A DNA stretch of 63,789 nucleotides, the filler included, from Olpidium bornovanus S191 (taxonomy: Eukaryota; Fungi; Olpidiomycota), in NCBI GenBank assembly GCA_017911155.1. It is 28 parts of 28 records of this genome, joined end to end, with 100 filler letters (N's around TTAATTAATTAA, not from the genome) between each part and the next. Parts side by side here need not be neighbours in the genome. Positions count along the whole stretch, not along the records: positions 58,539 to 60,119 come from JAEFCI010011970.1; positions 60,220 to 61,945 come from JAEFCI010007499.1; positions 62,046 to 63,789 come from JAEFCI010003190.1; 25 more parts are not named here. The stretch is one strand, 5' to 3'. Under the pieces are notes generated by a model. That model was not told where the DNA came from. It worked only from the letters and a program-made list of their open reading frames with translations, and did no database searches. The number at the start of each line of letters is the position of its first letter. The stretch's first letter is position 1. A program made the translations under genes and the position numbers. Of the stretch, positions 58,539-63,789 are shown in pieces.

Positions 58539-59129
58539 CAGGTCGACGGAAGAGAAAAATTTCTGGTTATTCCCGGTCTGTTAGCACACGCGTCGATAGC
58601 AGCGGTTCCATTCGGCTTTGGGACGTGCGAAATGTTTCTCTGTACCTGCTTGGTTCATGGGATCAAAAGCCGACCCTGTACTGAAACACGCTGCCCTCCC
58701 GCGACTGCTGTACCCGGCAGCCCGGATCGAGGTCATAGGTCGGGCTGGCTCCCCAATTCCTCCCGCCGCCGTGGTCAGGCCCATTCGCGACTGAACGCCC
58801 CTGATGCCGCCTCCGGTCTGAAGAACCCGGCCGGCAGACGTGCGGTAACCGGTGGTAACTGTTTCGGCAGGCACGACCAAGGGAACCACGGGCTTGCTGT
58901 CGAACCCGGAGTACACATCATCTTCGGCGGCAGAGCCGTCGAGATTCGCCGCGCTTGAGTATCCGGTCGATGAGTCCCCCGCCGGGAAAGCGCCCGGGAA
59001 GTAGGTTCCGCCTTCGCCCGCGCCTGCACCGACCAGCGTGTTCGTCGACCCCGGCCCGCCGCTAAAGGGGGCCGCTGACGATCGGCCGGACTGCTGTTGT
59101 TGCCGCTGCCGCTGCTGCGCTTGGAACAT
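58539..59129 (-). CDS. IFT88: Intraflagellar transport protein 88, N-terminus
   Basis: EDDVYSGFD, YRTSAGR and ARPMTSIRAAGYSS...GSAFDPMNQA match the IFT88 N-terminal motifs (EDDLYSGY, RTSHGRR, RPMTAVRAAGFT, GSAFDPLSQ). Confidence 0.85.
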
Positions 59130-60024
59130 CCTGATCTGGTGGCGCGACGATGATCGGCTGCGATGAACGGAGTGACAAGCCCGTGCCAACGACCGATCGG
59201 TTAGAAAGGCGGTCAGGTCGGTCGGTCGGCGCAGTCAACGGTTGGTGCAACGGGGGACACGCGATGGAAGGAATTGCGAACCCGGGCCGCAGCGCTTTAC
59301 CCTCAAATAACGAAGCAAAACGCCTTGGCACCGGCCGCGCGTCCTCGCATGAACCGACTAATTTTTTTTTGTTTTGCAAATAAGCGAGCGGGGGTCTCCT
59401 CCTCCTCGGCGAAAAGCAAGGGCGATAGAAGGAGAACCTGAAAAATTTGCCTGCTGCGTCGGTGGTGTGCGTGTGTGTGCAAAAATGTGGCCGCTCCCTG
59501 GAAGAGATGCAAACCCCGCGGCAGTCGCGTGTGTTGCTTCGGCCGCAGGGTGAAGCGGAGGTGGAGGGTGGGGGCCTTGTGACGCAATCAATTTTTTTTG
59601 GACTTTGCCGCGAAAAGAATCGTGCACTGGCTGGCGTTGCAAATCTGTGAATCTGTGAATCCCGCATATCTGCAAAAATGGCGAATCCCCCAAATCTGCG
59701 AATCTGGTTTGGAAGAGAATGAAACATAGCAGAGAGGATGTGAACGGAAACAGCGCAGAAGAGGACATTGGCAGAGGAGCGGAGAGCAGTAGGAAAGGAG
59801 AACAGAGGGGAGAAGCCAAAGCTGAGAGCCCGTGCCATTCAGGAAGTCTGATTCTCCAAGCCCACCAGTGAAGCGAAACTGCGAATGTATCGCATAGGGA
59901 CGGAAGGTGGGCGTGTTGAGCTAGTAGAGCAACAAAAAACGCGTAAAATTGAAGTTCCCGCAACCGTCGCCCAAATGTTTTTTTCGTTCCCGCGCACTAG
60001 CGCAACCCTAAATGCAGAAACCCG

Positions 60025-60067
<43 letters not shown>

Positions 60068-60420
60068 AACCCAGTATGCAATCCCCCAGAGGGCGGCGCC
60101 AACCAACAAGAATCGCCCCNNNNNNNNNNNNNNNNNNNNNNNNNNNNNNNNNNNNNNNNNNNNTTAATTAATTAANNNNNNNNNNNNNNNNNNNNNNNNN
60201 NNNNNNNNNNNNNNNNNNNCATGTGCTTGTTAACGGAACGCGTTGACGGGTAACGCGCTGCATAACGGTAGTATTTGCAGCAGTCAACACCAACCCCCCT
60301 CCCCTTTCCCAGGATCCCCCAGAACTACCTTCAATCTCCTTCTGCTCCTCTCTCCCTTCCGCCTTCTGACCGAAGCGGGAAGGGGGCGGAAAGGGGCCTG
60401 CGCGCCTCTTTTTTGTTTTT

Positions 60421-60988
60421 TCACTTCCCCTCGCCCTCGACCTTCTGGTACGAGTTCTCCTCCAGAACCCTCTCGAGTTCGGCGGAGAGGCGGTCGACGT
60501 ACTTGGAATCGATGAAGACGTGCGTCTCGTCGAGGTCGTCGATGACGAAGCGCTCGGTCCTGTCCAGAGTGAGGATTATCTGTTTGACGGCGCTGTCACT
60601 GGGCCAGCAGCAGGGCCCGGAGAGTGCAGTTGGAGCGCGTGAGGGAAAAGAAAAATAAAAAGGCATTCCGCCTCTCGGCAACTTTTTGCCCCAGAAAGCA
60701 GGGCGCACAGGGGAAGAGGCCGGCGACATGAGGTGGCCGTACCATTCGACAAGCACGCCTGGGAAAGGCGACGGAGGTGCCCAAAGGCGAGGGGGACAGA
60801 ACGAGGGAAACGGTGGGCAGGTGTTATAGAAAGAGAGAACGCGAGAGAGAGAAAAAAGAGAGAGAAAGCCAGGTAAGATGGGGGTGGGAGGGGTGGATGG
60901 AGACGCGGTGTCGGCTAAGGCGGGGAGGGTCACAGGGAGCGAGCAGCCCGACAAGTACAAGAAGCGGACCCGCGGTTGCCTTGACCAT
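60421..60988 (-). CDS. TFB5: TFIIH subunit Tfb5/TTDA, 3 exons
   Basis: MVKATAG|VLVEC|DSAVKQIILTLDRTERFVIDDLDETHVFIDSKYVDRLSAELERVLEENSY...*. Confidence 0.92.
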
Positions 60989-60999
60989 GTCTTTCTTTT

Positions 61000-61031
<32 letters not shown>

Positions 61032-62045
61032 TGGTATTTTTTTTTTTCTTCTTCTTTCTTCTTCCTCGGTTTCGGTCGCCGTGCGGGACGGGACGCCGAG
61101 GCGACCTGGGCGGAGGGGAAAGAGCTCCGGTTAGGTGGGTGTCGGTGTGGTGGTGTGTGTTTAGGTTGGGCGGGCTGGGTGAAATGAACTGAAAAAAAAA
61201 AATGTGTGGGCCCCGCGACCGGACCGGGTTTCTGATGCCCGCGCCCGCTGGTTCGAGAGACCCGCACCCCTTTCTCTCCCACTTGCGCGCGCTCGCTCGC
61301 CCCCTCGCCTATCGTGACGGCCAGAGGAACAGCAAACCAGGAAAGAAGCCTCGTTATCGGAAAAATCGGGTTGAGACGGGTTCTTGGCGGCGATCCAGTA
61401 CGGGGGTGGCTCGGCCGGTTGGCGAAAACGGGCAAGGGGCGTGGCGCCCGCAACAGTCCTGAATTGGAGCGATCTCCAGGGTGGCTGGCCGCCGCGTTCG
61501 GGACGGATCCCAAACTCTTCCAGCCGTCATGCCATCATTAATATTGGTATTAGAATAAACACAATAATATGCAAGTGGGGACGAAATGCATCGTATTACA
61601 TGCGGAGAGCGGTGCAAGCTTGCAGAGACAGAATGCGGCAGACGGCTCGACGCCCTGGGGAAGTGGCGACACACGAGTGCTGCTGCCATGCGCGTGAGGG
61701 CGGGCATGCCCTGGAGATCTCCCGCCAGAGGATGTCCTGGGGGGCTGGGGGGGGGAGGGGAAGGGAGGGAGCGGGGGGGAAAGTAGGGAGGTGATGGTTT
61801 GCGGCGGGTTGGAGCCGTTCCTCTCCATGGCCCCTCAGGTATTGTACGCACGGACCACATACCGGACTCTCTCTGTCTCTCTCTCTGGGCAGAGACCCTT
61901 AACGTTCTGCGAATGTCGACCAAAATAGTGTACACAATGTGAGAGNNNNNNNNNNNNNNNNNNNNNNNNNNNNNNNNNNNNNNNNNNNNTTAATTAATTA
62001 ANNNNNNNNNNNNNNNNNNNNNNNNNNNNNNNNNNNNNNNNNNNN

Positions 62046-62810
62046 CATGAGGGAATTCGGGATCCACCACGTCAGGCAGGCCGTGCAGCGCAACCAGTTC
62101 CTCCGCGCGCTAGTGATGGCCTCCTCCGGCTCGCCCGGCGGGTCTTCCGCCGCCGCGGCGCTCCTTATTCTCCGAGGCTTCTCGGCACACTTCTTGGCGA
62201 AGGAGTGGTCGGCAGCGTCCCCCATGTAGAGGCCGTGGACGTCGTCGAATTCCACGACAACGTTCGGTCCCGGTTTCTGGGAATCGCGGCCGGCGATGTG
62301 GACCTTTCTCGACCTCCGTTGCCCGCCGCCGCCGCTCGCGGACGACGGCGGCGTCGTCGCGGCTTGCAACGGCCGTTTCGCGCTGCTGCCGCCGCCGAAC
62401 CCCGCCAGGAGCGGCCGGACGCTTTTCCGGCGCGTCGAGGGGAAGGCGCTGACACGCACGTTTCGGACCGGACCGTCCGAAACGACCGAGGACTCGTACG
62501 GCGGGGCTTCGAGACGCGCCGCCCGGTTCCCGTCGCGGCCGCTTTGCTCTCCGGGCGGGGGCGCCCGCTCGACGGCGGCGTTTCTCGCGGCCTGACGCCT
62601 ACCGTTGGGAAGCTCCGGTGGCGCGCCCAGCGCGTAGTAGTTGCCGCCAGCGGCCACCACCACCTGCGCGCTCGGACCGCGCGCGGTCGCGGTCCCGCCA
62701 GTGAAACTCGGCGCCAGGATCCCCGGTGCTTCTTCGGCGCCGTCCAGGTCGCCGCCGGGCAGCACGTCCCCGGCCATCGGCACCCCGGCGCCCCGAAATC
62801 GGTCGGCCAT
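62046..62810 (-). CDS. CHS: Chitin synthase (division 2, class IV/V/VII type), N-terminal region without a myosin motor
   Basis: A disordered N-terminus leads to TSARRNWLRCTACLTWWIPNSLM, the motif that precedes the AWREK segment in division-2 chitin synthases. Confidence 0.65.
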
Positions 62811-63364
62811 TTCTCTTTTTTTTCCAGGTCCTGCGACGTCCAAGCGATCTGCGGGGCGGCGCAAAAGCCAAAAACGGAACAATGTAGGATAAAATAAAAT
62901 AAATAAAAAGCGGTTTCCGGCGCGCAGTCTGAGGGCTCGAAAAGGTAAGGGACGGCGGTCGCCGTTCCACTCCTCCCTTCCCCTTACCGTAATGTAAGTG
63001 GGCTGCCGCCTGCGGCGCGTCCGCTTTTTCCCGTTTCCCCCGGCTGAAAAGCGAAGCGTCGGGAATCTCCGCCTTCGTCTCTCTCTAAGAACGGCGGCGG
63101 CGGGGATCTCTCCGTTTTTCTAACCCGTTTGCCTTGTCGCTTTGTCGTGTGATTCGATCCGGCCGCCCTCCCGAGAACGCGGCGGGATCTCTTTTAATTC
63201 TTCGTTTTCTTTTGTTTTGTTTTCTCTTTTGATTTTGACGCGCGGGGCGGGAGGCGTCGGAGCCCGTGGGCCACCCCCGCTCGGGCGCGCGCCCGGAGAG
63301 AGGGCGGGAAGGGAAGGCGACGAGGTCGGGGGAGGCGACGCGCCGCGCTGCTGTCCGCGAGGGC

Positions 63365-63406
63365 GGGGAGGGGGGGGGAGAGGGGGGGGGGGGGGGGGGG
63401 GGGAAA

Positions 63407-63437
<31 letters not shown>

Positions 63438-63445
63438 GGAGGGGG

Positions 63446-63535
<90 letters not shown>

Positions 63536-63580
63536 GGGGGGGGGAAGGTGTGTTGTGTGTGTGTGTGTGTGTGTGTGTTG
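63365..63580. repeat. Poly-G tract of about 180 nt followed by (GT)n
   Basis: Direct inspection; the length is probably unreliable. Confidence 0.9.
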
Positions 63581-63789
63581 TGTGCGCGTGGTTCGTGTGT
63601 GGTTGGGGAACCCCATTTTTCGCACCCTTCGGGGAAAACCGCCGGGCGGGGAGACACGATCCCGCGTGAGAACTCACCGTGTAAAAAAACAGCACCAAAA
63701 AAAAAAAAAAAAAAAAAAAAAAAGGAAAACCGCGGCCCCGGGGCCCAACAAAAACACACCCGGGGCCCCGCCCCCGCAGCCCCCCGCCC

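Overview
This is not a continuous locus. It is 28 short genomic contigs of about 1-4.4 kb, joined by 27 artificial 100-nt N spacers that each carry TTAATTAATTAA, so no linkage can be inferred across spacers. The DNA is GC-rich, rich in GT-AG spliceosomal introns and full of homopolymer and AG tracts. Fungal genes (chitin synthase, chitin deacetylase, ENA ATPase, VNX1, SKN7-like, PKH, SNX3, TFB5) occur together with the intraflagellar transport gene IFT88. This points to an early-diverging, flagellated (zoosporic) fungus; an Olpidium- or chytrid-like identity is my inference, not a database result. Main points of interest: (1) the 5' end of an apparently intact Ty1/copia element whose Gag, short TGTTG...CAACA LTR and half-tRNA-Ile primer site match the plant Bianca-type lineage; (2) an RPP14/POP8 gene head-to-head with lipoyl synthase LIP5 across about 180 bp, echoing the vertebrate RPP14-HTD2 link; (3) a repeat-rich mucin-like protein with KR/RR sites and a C-terminal C-type-lectin-like domain; (4) an intron-containing type III glutamine synthetase; (5) the TM7 and tail of a class-A-like GPCR; (6) a FAM72 homologue; (7) CATG at 19 of 55 contig ends, probably a library artefact. 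All protein identifications come from recognising motifs by eye in my own spliced translations; no searches were run.
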